Shown piece by piece: positions 20,826 to 32,015 of a stretch of 35,868 nt of DNA. The stretch is from Jimgerdemannia flammicorona. Lineage: Eukaryota. A program made the position numbers and the translations under genes. Location: positions 1 through 35,868 of the forward strand of contig RBNJ01000236.1 in NCBI GenBank assembly GCA_003990765.1, given 5' to 3'. Numbering within the stretch: the stretch's first letter is position 1; every line of letters begins with the position of its first letter. The notes under the pieces were generated by a model, which ran no database searches, had not been told where the DNA came from, and was given only the letters and a program-made list of their open reading frames with translations.

Positions 20826-23800
20826 TCAGCACAATGATGCCAACACTAAATCGACGTTTTCCCGGCATCCGTTTACATCTTCCTTCCTCAGCCATTGAGG
20901 TATCGCAAACTCCTTCAACCCCGTCTCACTCACTTCGCTAACCATCCTTCCGTCCCGCACTACAACGCCGTCGTCCACCTTCCTCTTCCATAATTCCTCC
21001 ACCAACCCACAACATCCCAACCACACCGCATCTGCATGACCCTTTCCCAACGCTATAAACAACCTCACCCCGCACCGTTGTAGTTCATCATGCCATCTCA
21101 TCGCGTCTAAATACGGTGCACATGTCGTTACAATCTCCAGCACATTGCCGTCCTTGAGCGGGACGTGCTCGGCCACGAGCGCCAACGTCTGCAGCACGGA
21201 TCTCTGCAACCTGTGGGCGCGCGTGAAGACCGAGTACGCGTTCGGGTTGGCAGCCAACGCGGCGGTCATCGTGATTCCGGTTCTTCGCTCCTCAGCCTCG
21301 GCCTCACGCACCCGCTCGCGAAGCATGACCTTAAACCGCGGCCATAAATCGTCGACGACGCGCCTGCTTAGGAAGTCGCCGCAGCACTCGGCGACGCATT
21401 GCACGAGGTGCACGGCGTTGAGGATGACGAAATGCTCCTTGTCGTCCAGGCGGCGCACGACCGAGGGCCAGATCTTATGTACGAGCGGATTGAGGTCCTG
21501 CGGGCGCGGGCGGAGAACAGGCAGAGCGGACTCGATGAGGGAGAGGATTTGCGAGCGGAGGTGCGGCGAGGGCGCGGTGAGGAAGTGGATCGTCTTGTGG
21601 AGAATGTCGAGTACCGTCTGTTGGTTGCGCGTGGGAGGAATCTTGCGGTCTGTGTCAGAGTCGCGGCGACTAGAGGGTGGTCTGTTTTGCTCGCGTTCGG
21701 CTTCGGAAGCAAGCTTCTCCAGATCCTCTTCGTCCAATTCTTTGACCTTGTCCTTCTTTTGTTGTTGCTCGAGGAAATACTGTCCAATCTCGTTCATGGC
21801 CTTCGTTTCCACACGCGACTCACGTTGATACCCGTCGCCATCAAAGTCAATACCCTTATATCTAGCAACAAAGCCCGATATCTCCTGCGACACTCCTCCT
21901 TTTTGTTGTTCCTGTAAGCCCTCTTTTGCGCCCCCTTCTTCCCTATTTGCACCATCTTCCTTCTCCTGCAGAATATCCTCATTTTCGACAACCCTCACGA
22001 CCTCCCTCAACACGCCACAAAGCTCAGCGCACATCCACCCGTTCATATGATACGCATCCAGTGCGTCAAAGATCTCTTGCACCGAGTCTCCCATATACTC
22101 TATCACGCTCCCGCCACCAACCCTCACTACCGCGGTCATAACCCTGGGTGCGCGCGGGTCGAGCGGCACGCGCGCTAGCCTGTCCGACACGGTGTTAACG
22201 ACGTAGTCGACGTTGCCGAGCACAAGTGCTTGCGTCGGAGTAGCGCGCGGACGCGAGGGCCAATACCCACAAGCACGGGCGACGGCATCCAGGGTAATAG
22301 AGGCTGTAAAACTTATGCGGGCATTCTGCGAGCCGAGCTGGTCGAGGAGCGGGTAGAGGGCATCGATGAGCTCGAGCTTGAAGGCCGGGCCCAGGATCAG
22401 GGAGGTCGTGGCGACGCATTCGAGCATGTGGCAGATGGTGAGGATCGTCGCGTTGAGGGAAGGGGTTGGAATGATGTCGGTGGAGGGGCGCGTCGTCGTG
22501 AGAGTGAGGGGAGTAGAAGCAGAAGGGCCGAATTGAGAGTGAAGTGCGATGACGGCCTCTTTGTCCAGGACACTTGTAGGCGCGGTCAGGATCTCGAGGG
22601 AGATGAGCTCGCGGAGGATTTGCTTGGCTAGTGAGCGAACCTGTCGTTCAGAATTCGTGTTCTGCGATTGAGACGCAAACGGCGTGTCATTGCTAGTCTC
22701 CAATGAAGATGACGGATCTTCAGCAGGAACCGTCAGGCCGAATCCGCCAGCACCCAAAAGTATCTCGTTGACCACCCATGCGGCTTGCGGCTGGTACGAT
22801 CCCGTCTCGACTATTCCCCCTTGCCCGGACCGTAGATACCTCATGAAATGCTCTACCAAAAATCCCGCGTCGCCAACCCTCCCCAACGTGCGAAACAATC
22901 GCGATGCACCCTCAACTGCGCGGTCGCTAACCAGGTACCCAAACCGCTTCGTCGGATACCGCGGAATTCTCGACCTTTCGCCGGCACCTCCCTGACTTCC
23001 GTCCCCATCTCCGTCCGCCGTCCCGACGCTGCCTCGCCCATACTCTAGTTCCGCGAACCTCCCGACCGCAGCCCTCTCCACCTTGACGTTCACGTCGTCC
23101 ATCTCCAGCCCCCTCAGCCATCCGCCCGCCACCTTCTCCAGCGATGTCTCCAGCACGCTGCGTGCTTCCGCACCCAGAAGCGCGAGCAGCCCGGCAATTA
23201 GTGAAAGGGCGGAGCACTTGGCGGCCTCATCGGCCGAGGTAAGGTGGCGTGCCAGCGAGAACATCCAGTCGTCCAGCCTGGACTTGAGGATCGGGACAAG
23301 CGAGGCAGCAAACTCTGGGTGCCGCGACAGTGCCAACAAATGTTCACGGCAGCGAGCCACAACCGGCGCGTAGTCGTCGTCGAGATGTAAGACGAGCGTC
23401 TCGATCAGGTTCGGCGCGCACAGCTCGAGAGTCAGCGCGCACTGCAAGAGGAGCGTGTAAGAGAAGTCGACAAAGTGCATGCGTGTCGACCAGTCCGGGT
23501 GGTCGCGCGCCGTAAGCGTTTGGGTCAGGAGCCGCTTAAGCTGGGTTTGCGTGGCGGCGAGCCAGTGGCGGGTGCGAGTCGCGGTGAAAATTTTGGGGGG
23601 CGTCGAAGAGGAGGTTACCAGTGCGGTAGAGGTTTCACTACCTTCGTCCGTCGTCGAGTCCTTGGTCTCAGGCGCGGAGGGCAATCTCCTTCCGACGAAA
23701 TTACGCAGGTCGCTCAGCTTCGTCGCGCGCGTTACAAACTCCGCGTTTGCCTCGTCGTTCATGACCGCAACGACAACGTCGCCGAGCAAACCCACCGCGG

Positions 23801-24575
23801 CCGAGATCACACGATGGTGCTCCTTATCCTTGTCCCGTACGACGACCTTGCACATCGCCGACGCGACGCCCGGAAGGAAACTCGCCAACACATCTGCATC
23901 CCGCAGGTTGTCCGTCAGGAGCTGAGACAATGATCCCAGTGCCGCCAGCCGCAGCTCGAGCAGCCGTTCGGTCATCACCACGTCGAGTAGGACGGCGACG
24001 CAGTGGCCGACAGAAGGGCGGAATACCTCAGCCCTTAATGCATCCAACAAATCCAACCGTTTCGCGCTCTCCTCTTCGGAATCGGGGATCTTGCCCTCAC
24101 AGTGTGCGCGAGGCAGAATCGCGGACAAGCATCTCACCGCGACAAGCGTCGTCTCCTCCGACGGCCTCGGCAGCTTCGGGTCATTCGGTCGGACAAGCGG
24201 GCCGCCGGCGGATAGGGTGAACAGGATAAATAATTGCTTGAAGATCTCGGGTTCGAGGGTTCTGTTCCACCCGCACTCCTCTAGCAAAAAAAGCAGACAT
24301 CGTAACCACGTCTCGGCGACGGTGTCGGGAAGTGGTTCTTGCGGTTGACGGCGTTTGTAGAGCTCGAGGAGGGGAAAGAGGACGTAGTCGACGAGGGCTT
24401 TGGTGAATATGGTAGAGGGCTCAGATATGGCTCGGAGAGTGTCGAGGAGGGCATTCAGAGCGTCTCGGATGGGTCGTTGATTGGGTCGAGATATGTTTGG
24501 GAAGGAGAGTAGTGGCACGCAGACGGGCTTGAGTTTCAAGAAGACATCCTGGCGTCTCTGGTCCAGTTCAGCCAT
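20826..24575 (-). CDS. TTI1: TEL2-interacting protein 1 (TTT complex, HEAT/ARM repeats), single exon, 1249 aa
   Basis: N-terminal F.KLKPVCVPL and LVDYVLFPL, LASFLPGVAS, NVDYVVN, and LVHKIWP..VRRL are characteristic Tti1 motifs; length fits. Confidence 0.88.
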   Translation of the reverse strand: MAELDQRRQDVFLKLKPVCVPLLSFPNISRPNQRPIRDALNALLDTLRAISEPSTIFTKALVDYVLFPLLELYKRRQPQEPLPDTVAETWLRCLLFLLEECGWNRTLEPEIFKQLFILFTLSAGGPLVRPNDPKLPRPSEETTLVAVRCLSAILPRAHCEGKIPDSEEESAKRLDLLDALRAEVFRPSVGHCVAVLLDVVMTERLLELRLAALGSLSQLLTDNLRDADVLASFLPGVASAMCKVVVRDKDKEHHRVISAAVGLLGDVVVAVMNDEANAEFVTRATKLSDLRNFVGRRLPSAPETKDSTTDEGSETSTALVTSSSTPPKIFTATRTRHWLAATQTQLKRLLTQTLTARDHPDWSTRMHFVDFSYTLLLQCALTLELCAPNLIETLVLHLDDDYAPVVARCREHLLALSRHPEFAASLVPILKSRLDDWMFSLARHLTSADEAAKCSALSLIAGLLALLGAEARSVLETSLEKVAGGWLRGLEMDDVNVKVERAAVGRFAELEYGRGSVGTADGDGDGSQGGAGERSRIPRYPTKRFGYLVSDRAVEGASRLFRTLGRVGDAGFLVEHFMRYLRSGQGGIVETGSYQPQAAWVVNEILLGAGGFGLTVPAEDPSSSLETSNDTPFASQSQNTNSERQVRSLAKQILRELISLEILTAPTSVLDKEAVIALHSQFGPSASTPLTLTTTRPSTDIIPTPSLNATILTICHMLECVATTSLILGPAFKLELIDALYPLLDQLGSQNARISFTASITLDAVARACGYWPSRPRATPTQALVLGNVDYVVNTVSDRLARVPLDPRAPRVMTAVVRVGGGSVIEYMGDSVQEIFDALDAYHMNGWMCAELCGVLREVVRVVENEDILQEKEDGANREEGGAKEGLQEQQKGGVSQEISGFVARYKGIDFDGDGYQRESRVETKAMNEIGQYFLEQQQKKDKVKELDEEDLEKLASEAEREQNRPPSSRRDSDTDRKIPPTRNQQTVLDILHKTIHFLTAPSPHLRSQILSLIESALPVLRPRPQDLNPLVHKIWPSVVRRLDDKEHFVILNAVHLVQCVAECCGDFLSRRVVDDLWPRFKVMLRERVREAEAEERRTGITMTAALAANPNAYSVFTRAHRLQRSVLQTLALVAEHVPLKDGNVLEIVTTCAPYLDAMRWHDELQRCGVRLFIALGKGHADAVWLGCCGLVEELWKRKVDDGVVVRDGRMVSEVSETGLKEFAIPQWLRKEDVNGCRENVDLVLASLC

Positions 24576-25080
24576 TGTTTATCGAATTCGAGAACCTTGT
24601 AGAGGCACGTGCTCAGAAATCGACGCGTCCTAACAAGCGAAATCCATGTGTAACCCTACCATTAGCCATTAACGGAAGAAATCCGCTACGCGCAGAAGCT
24701 CCCAGTGGACTTCTTCCGCAAGGATTACATAGAGGAAGCTTACATATCATAGTGGAATTATCTAGTAAAGGGCAAGAACATGTATAAATAAGAAGAGGTT
24801 GGAGATGACAATAAAGCAGTTCTGAAATCTTGAATAAGTAAGTGTATATTGCCAAGGATCGGATATCCAAGGAATATCACATACGATAGGTCGTTTTCAG
24901 GCTCCCCCGGTGACCTTCAGACACGTTTCTTAGTAAGATCCTTAGCAAACCCGTCCATACATTCCCAACAAATTCCTTCTATTAACCGCTCATATCCACG
25001 GCCTCTTTATTATCGATAATTATTGTGTAACCTCTCCATCGCCGCCAGCCAAGCCTCACACTGTCATCACATCAATACCT

Positions 25081-25131
25081 ATCTCGTCACCTCGTTTTTT
25101 TTTTTTTTAAACGGATCTCGTCACCTCGTTT
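25081..25131 (-). repeat. 17-bp direct repeat flanking a short poly(A) insert (TSD-like)
   Basis: ATCTCGTCACCTCGTTT at 25081-25097 and 25115-25131, separated by T11 plus AAACGG. Confidence 0.75.
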
Positions 25132-25630
25132 GATCACCAATGTATTTCATAAATGTGGTGGAGACAGGATACATCCCCATCATCATCTTGATACCATCGT
25201 CAATTAAAACTATCATGACAGGATTGATAAGTTTAGAACTTACATATCTAACCTCTTCTCCTGTTACTGGACCTTAGGGTGCTGAGTGATGGTTTCAAAC
25301 ACAAAACAATGCCTCTACAACTATAAACATGACAAGCTATTATTGATATTTAGTTTATAATTGAGAATCTTTGTGAGGTCATAAGTTAAAAATAAAAAGT
25401 AAATATTGTTGTTCCAAATCCTTCACTTACGGCCTACACGCAGCCGGCGTGTTCTCTGGCGTGGTCCTCCTATGCAGGGATGACCTTATGTATAATTACC
25501 CCTCGATTTGATGTGCTACCATTTATTTTTGAAGATTGACACGGCCCCATTAAAGTTAGCGTTTCCCATTTGTCATACGTGGCGCGTCCAAAGTCACAGG
25601 AATCCGTGCTACGCAACTTTACAACTTGTC

Positions 25631-27001
25631 ATGGACTTCAACGGACACCAGGCCCTCATATCGAACCGCGTGCTCCTCCCCGAGATTCTCGCACACATAT
25701 TCCTCCTCTTCGGCGACGTCAGCGTCCTGCACGACGACGATAACCGCAGTAATCTGGCCTCGTGCTCCCGAGTTTGCCGCGAGTGGCGTGACCTAGCGCT
25801 TCCGCTGATATGGCGCTACCTTGACTTCCGATGCAGGTCGACCCGGCCAAATGGCATTGAACGACTCAAGCGCCTGGCGCACTTCCTGACTGACCCTCGT
25901 TCGCAGCGCGTTTACAGGACTGTCGATTACGTCAGTTTCGTCAGGAGGATCTACTTGAGGGTACCGGTGGCTTGCACCAGACGGTGCCGGCTCGAGGCGA
26001 CATCGTCCATCAACAACTTCTTGCGACAGATGAGCAACCACCGAATCATTGAGGAGCCTGTGAACGAAGGTTTGGTTGGAAGAATCGCTAATCTGAGCCT
26101 GCGACCGAAGGTTACAAAGCGGGTGTTAGACGAGGCGACATCGGACATTATCATTGGCATCTTGCAGCTGCTGGCGTCCGATCAGATCGAGTCGATTGAG
26201 ATCGATTGGCCTGCGTGCAACTGTTGCGAGTTGGATGGGCTGTCGCGATTGTTCAAGACCCTCGTTCCACTCATGAGCAACCTCAGAAAGTTGTACTACA
26301 ACGGGCCTTGGGACCAAGATGTCGGCGCCTTCCTTCAACATATTCCCAAGTCACTCAAGGAAATAATATTGATCAGCCATAGGGAGGTATCACCACGCCT
26401 TGACCACATCATGTTCTTCCGCCACCTCACGACGCTTGAGCTCCACGGCATCGCGAGCGTGACGGTCCCGCACCTTCAACAAGGCCTGAGTATCTGGGGC
26501 GCGTGCCTCCACCACCTCGACATAACCGCCTGCCCGCGCCTCCTCGACGACCTCATCCTCGACGCCGTCGCACTCCACTGCCGCCGGCTAAAGGAGTTGC
26601 GGCTCTACGTCGGGTTCACAGCACACACCCCACAGCGGATCACGGAGCCCGGGCTATGCCGCGTTGTCGACTCGTGCCCGCACCTGGAGCGCCTGCGGAT
26701 GCATGCGATCGATGCCGTGGGGGATGCGTTTCTCGCACGCTGTGCGAGAGGCGCGCGCGAGTTGCGGTGCTTGAATATCGCCTCGGCGTCGGCGAGATTG
26801 ACGGGCTTGGGGGTTGTGGATGTGGGCGCGTGGGGGATGATGACTGAGCTGCGCATCTTGTACGCTTACGATCGAGAAACGGGAGAATACGTGCAGAAGG
26901 AAGGGTTGGACCTAGGGTTCGTGCGGGCGGTTGAGATAGGATGCCGTGCATTGAAGAAATATGAGCTTCAGCCAGACCCGCGATGTTTTGTGAAACATTG
27001 A
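25631..27001 (+). CDS. F-box protein with C-terminal leucine-rich (RNI-like) repeats, about 456 aa
   Basis: Likely ATG at 25631. F-box LLPEILAHIF...LASCSRVCREWRDLALPLIW; LRR-like HCRRLKELRL, SCPHLERLRM and LRCLNI. Confidence 0.85.
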   Translation: MDFNGHQALISNRVLLPEILAHIFLLFGDVSVLHDDDNRSNLASCSRVCREWRDLALPLIWRYLDFRCRSTRPNGIERLKRLAHFLTDPRSQRVYRTVDYVSFVRRIYLRVPVACTRRCRLEATSSINNFLRQMSNHRIIEEPVNEGLVGRIANLSLRPKVTKRVLDEATSDIIIGILQLLASDQIESIEIDWPACNCCELDGLSRLFKTLVPLMSNLRKLYYNGPWDQDVGAFLQHIPKSLKEIILISHREVSPRLDHIMFFRHLTTLELHGIASVTVPHLQQGLSIWGACLHHLDITACPRLLDDLILDAVALHCRRLKELRLYVGFTAHTPQRITEPGLCRVVDSCPHLERLRMHAIDAVGDAFLARCARGARELRCLNIASASARLTGLGVVDVGAWGMMTELRILYAYDRETGEYVQKEGLDLGFVRAVEIGCRALKKYELQPDPRCFVKH

Positions 27002-27151
27002 GGAACCCGTAACCGTTTGCTTATGTTTGTTACAATGATCATTGGTGGAGATGTGGTAGTCAAAAGTATCTCTCTTATTTTTATGGTCGTCCTATTGAAT
27101 CCTATTAAAGGCCAAAAGGAGAGTTGTGATTGCCTCCGATAAGCAGTCCTA

Positions 27152-27164
27152 TGGTGACGTCAGG
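27152..27164 (+). promoter_or_regulatory. CRE-like element TGGTGACGTCAGG about 100 bp upstream of RabGGTase alpha
   Basis: Contains the TGACGTCA palindrome; the identical 13-mer lies upstream of the TBC1D5-like gene. Confidence 0.45.
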
Positions 27165-27265
27165 GTAGGAACACTACGCTTTTTGGGAGCGAAGGCTTGT
27201 GCACTGTGAACTGAAAACACCGCAAAGACGCCTTTGCTCTCTATTAAATCAAAAGATATACCAAA

Positions 27266-30056
27266 ATGTCGGGCATGGTAGGCAACTCGCTAGACACCTC
27301 GTCTCTACAGAATTTCGCATTGCATTACTCGCTGTATCTCAAAAGCACCCAATGGAATGCCTCTTGCAAAGTCTTGGCACACCGCGTCCAGACTAGAGTT
27401 TTCGGCTCCTTTTACGTCAATATACATCTTTTGACCTGCCGTTAACCATTGTTCCTCGCGGCGTTTATAGCACGGACGTAAGAAAATACGGACGACCGAA
27501 GAATTGCAACAGGCGCGCAAGGAGCGTGAGGCCGTCAAGATCAAGGAGTACAATGCTTTGGTGGCCGAGTGTTTTGAGAAAGTGAGAGGAATATTTTTGG
27601 CATGATAACGAAAGTTTATGAAAACGACGAAAGAGATATGGGAATATCGGCATGGTAGTGGTAACTATGGTGGGACAACATTCGGCCATCCATTCTTAAT
27701 TCGTTTCCAAATCGCAATCCCACAGAAAACCGAGAAGCAATACGACGGTGCCGCCCTTAACATAACCACGCGCATTCTGCACCAAAATCCAGACTTCTAC
27801 ACCGTCTGGAACTTCCGCCGCCTCATCCTGCGCGAAGGGGTTTTCAAGGACGCGTATGTGATCCCGTTCTTTTCCCTCTGATCTCTTACTTCCATTTCCC
27901 AGACCTTCTAAGACGCATCTCCTATGTCAGATCTGCCGACGCGATTCAGGTCAGCCTCAAATCCGAGCTCGACTTCTTCATGCAGATCATCACGATTAAC
28001 CCCAAGTCCTACTGGATGTGGAACCACCGGCGGTGGTGCCTCGAGACGATGCCGAAGCCGGCGTGGGAGCGCGAGTTGGCCTTGGTAGATAAGATGTTGG
28101 ATATGGACGCAAGGAATTGTGAGTTTTCTGGCGGATAAGGGTGACGCTGGTCGGAAAGAGGGAGGTGCGGAGCAGATGAAATGAATTGGACCACATTCCA
28201 AACAAGATAATATTGCTCACTAAATACCATTCCTCCTTAAAGTCCACGGCTGGAACTACCGTCGCTACGTGATCTCGCAGTTGGCGCGCGACCCCGGGAT
28301 GACGGATACGCAGGCGCTACGCACGAGCCCGGCGCTCGCACGGTCCGAGTTCGAGTTCACCACACGTAAGGTCACGCAGAACTTCTCTAACTACTCGGCA
28401 TGGCACAACCGGTCCAAGCTGCTGCCGATAGTTGTGGACGGGATCGAGGGCGAGGAGGCAAGGAATGAGATCGCGAGGCAGGGTGGGTTGGGTGGGACTG
28501 TAACGGTGTGGGAGAGATAAATGTGTTGGATCTTTGGTGTGTGGACTTCACTTAAGGCCCCACTTATTGCCTATCGAATAGAGATCGAGTTGATCAAGGC
28601 TGCAGTCTACACCGACCCCGACGATTCCTCTGTCTGGCTTTACCGCTGGTGGCTCATTGGCCGTGGTACGTACTTCTCCCTTGCTGCACCCTCCTCGTCC
28701 ATGTTCAAAGCTCGCCATGCTGACGCACAATGAATCTCCACTCCAGACACCACTCCCATTTCCCTCCTCGGTACCCACCTCACCTCCGCCAACACCGTCC
28801 TTCTTGCCTTCGACGATGAGATCAGCATGCTCAATCCCTTTGCCGTCCTGACGTCGCAGGGCGTCCCCGTACCGGGCTCGTGGCGCAGCTTTGGCTCCGG
28901 GAACAAGGTCAGCGGCAACCTCGGTGAGCAGCTGCACGGGTACGTTTGGGCATTTGAGCCCGAGACCAAGGACATCCCGATCCAGGGGGTCGAGGTGGTC
29001 GTAAGGGCGGCGGATCTGGTCGCCAGCAGGAGTGAGAGGGCATGGAGATACGGCGAGGTCAGGGTTAGGGTCACGGGTGAGGTAGAGACGAGAGAGGGTG
29101 AGGCGACTGGGTCGGCGAAGTGGTATACACTTGATCGAGCGGAGTTGTTGGAGGAGGAAGTGAAGGATGTGAGGGAGTTGTTGGAGCTGGAGCCAGGAAG
29201 CAAATGTAAGTGTTTGGTATTGTATTCCTTGTGGGTGTTTTTTTTTTTTTTTTTGGGGGGGGGGGGGGAAGAAGTATTTTTTGTGGAGTTTCCAATTCTT
29301 ACCCATCATCCTTCCCACCTTCCAACCCTTCCTTAGGGGCCCTGCAAACCCTCGCACGCTTCCTGACCGAGCTGTGTCATATCCGACCTGCAGACCCGGT
29401 GAACCCGCAGGTCGAGGACGAGGTCATTACAATCCTGGAACTGCTGCAGACCATTGATCCAGATAGGGCGAGAAGGTACGAGGATTGGCGTGAGTATTAA
29501 GAGGCTTGATTGGAATGGCATCGTTGTTGTGAGGTTTAGGATGCCATATTACATCTCATTAACAAATAGAGCCCTACCTGCTGTTCTATTCTACATTTTG
29601 TGTTTGAAGTTGCTCACAAATGATTATACATACGATATAGGCACGAACCTAGTTTTCGAACGCGCGACGCGCCATCTTGTCAAATGCGTTGGCGAACATG
29701 GCGAGGTCATGTTTGCGGACAAGCAGGTTCGTTTCCGTGAAGCGGTTACATAAATGCTCTGACCTTTTCAATTCGTCTTGTGAAGCGCCATCGTTCGTCC
29801 CCTTTAACATATTTCCGGCTCTATTCCCCTTGCTTCCCCCTCACAGCCCGACGTCCTCGACCTGTCGAACCTCGGCCTCACGCACATCCCGACCCCCTCG
29901 CTTCTGCTCCACGTCCCACGACTTAACCTCAAAGGAAACCGGCTTTCTGCCTCACAGGCTGCTAGGATGCTGGCGGCGCTACCGTTGATGAAGGAGATGG
30001 ATTGGGACGGGAACCTATTCGTGAAAGAGGAGCTGGATGTGGCGCTACGGGATTGA
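27266..30056 (+). CDS. BET4: Rab geranylgeranyltransferase (GGTase-II) alpha subunit, 10 exons, about 556 aa, with Ig-like insert and C-terminal LRR
   Basis: Exons 27266(or 27275)-27277, 27471-27581, 27726-27853, 27931-28118, 28243-28482, 28582-28665, 28747-29205, 29337-29489, 29641-29726, 29847-30056 (1671 nt, in frame). MHGRKK start; PPTA repeats [76 protein letters not shown]. Confidence 0.92.
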
Positions 30057-30369
30057 GGCCTATAAGACGGCGAGATGGTGCGGGGCGGAAGCCGATTGAA
30101 GCGTTTGTGGTTTATTCTCATGTAAGTTTGACGACAGGAAAGAAAAAAAGAAAGGAATTTTATTCACTTGACAGATTGATACAATGAGTATTCATAAGCA
30201 GGCACGATAGACGAAAAGTTACAACACTCCATGGTTGAATTCCTTAGAACTCGCTATTAGTTGCAAAAATAATCCCAGATATCTTTCGTCTGAACACAGA
30301 CACCAGACAACGAGCAGCATCAAAATTGCAAACTTAGAACTGATCTCACAAAAATATCATCGCCTCACT

Positions 30370-31269
30370 TCAATCGCCCTTTAATATACGCTCGTACCGA
30401 TCCTCACACTCCTCCCTCGATCTATGGGTAGACATGTCTTTGGCCACCGCGTCCCAGTAGTCGCGCCAAGACCGCGCATGCCTCCTCCTCGAATCCTTCA
30501 AAGCAGCATCCTCGTCAGGGCCCCATTCCAGCACCGACATTCTCTTCTTCTTCAATATATTGTATTTCGAACTGCATGCCCTGGGCTCACGGTCTGGCAG
30601 CAGCCGCGCAGAAATTTCGGTGAAAGACATTTTATTTTTTTCTACGGCGTCGATCAACTTCTGCTCCTCCATCTCCGTCCACTGCAGATACGGCTTGCGC
30701 ACTCGGCTAGAGCTCGCGCGTTGCTGGAAGGGAGTTGCGCTGGGACCGCGCGATAAAGACGGGTCGCGTGATAAAGATGGGCCGCGCGAGTAGCTGCGGG
30801 CGCGGGCGACGGACGGCGGCATGCTGCTGCGCGCACTTTCGTCTATTAGGGTCAGGCCGTCGTCGTAGGGCTCCAGCTTGAAGCTCGGCTCGGTCTTCAC
30901 GCCTGGCTCGGTCTTGACCTTGACGCCTGGCTCGGTCTTGACGCCTGGCTCGGTCTTGACGCCTGACTCGGTTTCGACGCCTGGCTCGGTCTTGATGCCT
31001 GACTCGGTCTTGATACCCAGCACGCGATTGAATTGCTTGAGGTATGCGCCTCGGGGCCGCACAGCCAGAGCGGTGGTCTTCTTGCGTGGCTGGTCGTCGT
31101 CGTCGCCCGTGATGTCGATCGTGACGGGCATGGCCTTGAACGTGCGCTTTTGAGGGATATTGGTCGTAAGTGTAGTGTCGACGGAGGATTCGAGCTTCAC
31201 CTTGTCGATAACCGGCGGGCGGGAGGCGTCGGCCTCATGCTTGATCTTTGGAATGGTTTCGAATTCCAT
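30370..31269 (-). CDS. Two-repeat Myb/SANT-domain protein with N-terminal (V/I)KTEPG repeats, about 299 aa
   Basis: Likely ATG at 31269. Myb-like repeats QWTEMEEQKLIDAV...FTEISARLLPDREPRACSSKY and EWGPDEDAALKD...WDAVAKDMSTHRSREECEDRY. Confidence 0.8.
   Translation of the reverse strand: MEFETIPKIKHEADASRPPVIDKVKLESSVDTTLTTNIPQKRTFKAMPVTIDITGDDDDQPRKKTTALAVRPRGAYLKQFNRVLGIKTESGIKTEPGVETESGVKTEPGVKTEPGVKVKTEPGVKTEPSFKLEPYDDGLTLIDESARSSMPPSVARARSYSRGPSLSRDPSLSRGPSATPFQQRASSSRVRKPYLQWTEMEEQKLIDAVEKNKMSFTEISARLLPDREPRACSSKYNILKKKRMSVLEWGPDEDAALKDSRRRHARSWRDYWDAVAKDMSTHRSREECEDRYERILKGD
30884..31015 (-). repeat. Coding 18-bp tandem repeat encoding (V/I)KTE(P/S)G
   Basis: Repeated GCCTG(G/A)CTCGGTCTTGA(C/T) units on the plus strand. 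Confidence 0.88.
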
Positions 31270-32015
31270 TGGCTTGTTATTTGTAGATGGGAGGATGGCG
31301 TAAGATTGAAGGGGGGATTTTGGATGAGGGAGAAGCCCTGAAAGGCCTATAGAACGGAAGCAAGAAACTCCTGAATGGACGTGTAGCTTTTTTTTTTTTT
31401 TTTTTTGTAAGATCACCTGCAAGGCCTTATGCTGTGAGCTTGATAAACTCTTGTCCCGTGGGAAACATTCAGTGTATCAATATTATCATGCATGTAGTCT
31501 GATATAATATCAGTGCGCTTGGTTATCGATGATTTCGGCTTCGTTTTTCAAGCAAACACTCAACGCCATGGTGAACACAGATATTGAAAGCCTTTTTTTT
31601 TTTTCTTCTGTGTGTCGAAATCGGGCCTTGAATGATATTTTGTCAGCCGCGCATACAGTGACTTTATGAAACATTGCCTTGTTTCAGGTTTGACGGAGTA
31701 TGGCTGGATAAAAAAAGACTACATAGGAGTGAGGCATGCCTGCTTTACATAGAGGTATCGGAGGGCACATGGCAAATATATACAATCATTGATGTCGCGT
31801 ATGCAACGATGTCTGTTCTAGCCCCTCTAACACTGCCGTTCATTTCACTTTCGTTCCCCCCCTTTCACATTGAAATTGTACATGCATCGGCGGCCCAGTC
31901 TCTTTCTTTTCTTCCTACACGTATACATAGTGGAGATGCAATATGATTGTAGAAAGTCACGTGCAGGACCATGTAGACGTATTAAGCAACAGCTCATTTT
32001 CCATCACTTGTTGAC

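Noticed and set aside
21145..24348. Numerous 60-230 aa ORFs overlapping TTI1
   Set aside because: Expected antisense or alternate frames in GC-rich coding DNA, with no motifs.
30370..31422. Myb gene as the accessory ORF of a PIF/Harbinger transposon, or starting at 31422
   Set aside because: No adjacent DDE transposase, TIRs or TAA/TTA TSD were seen. The upstream extension crosses a poly(A) run and lacks an ATG, so 31269 is preferred.
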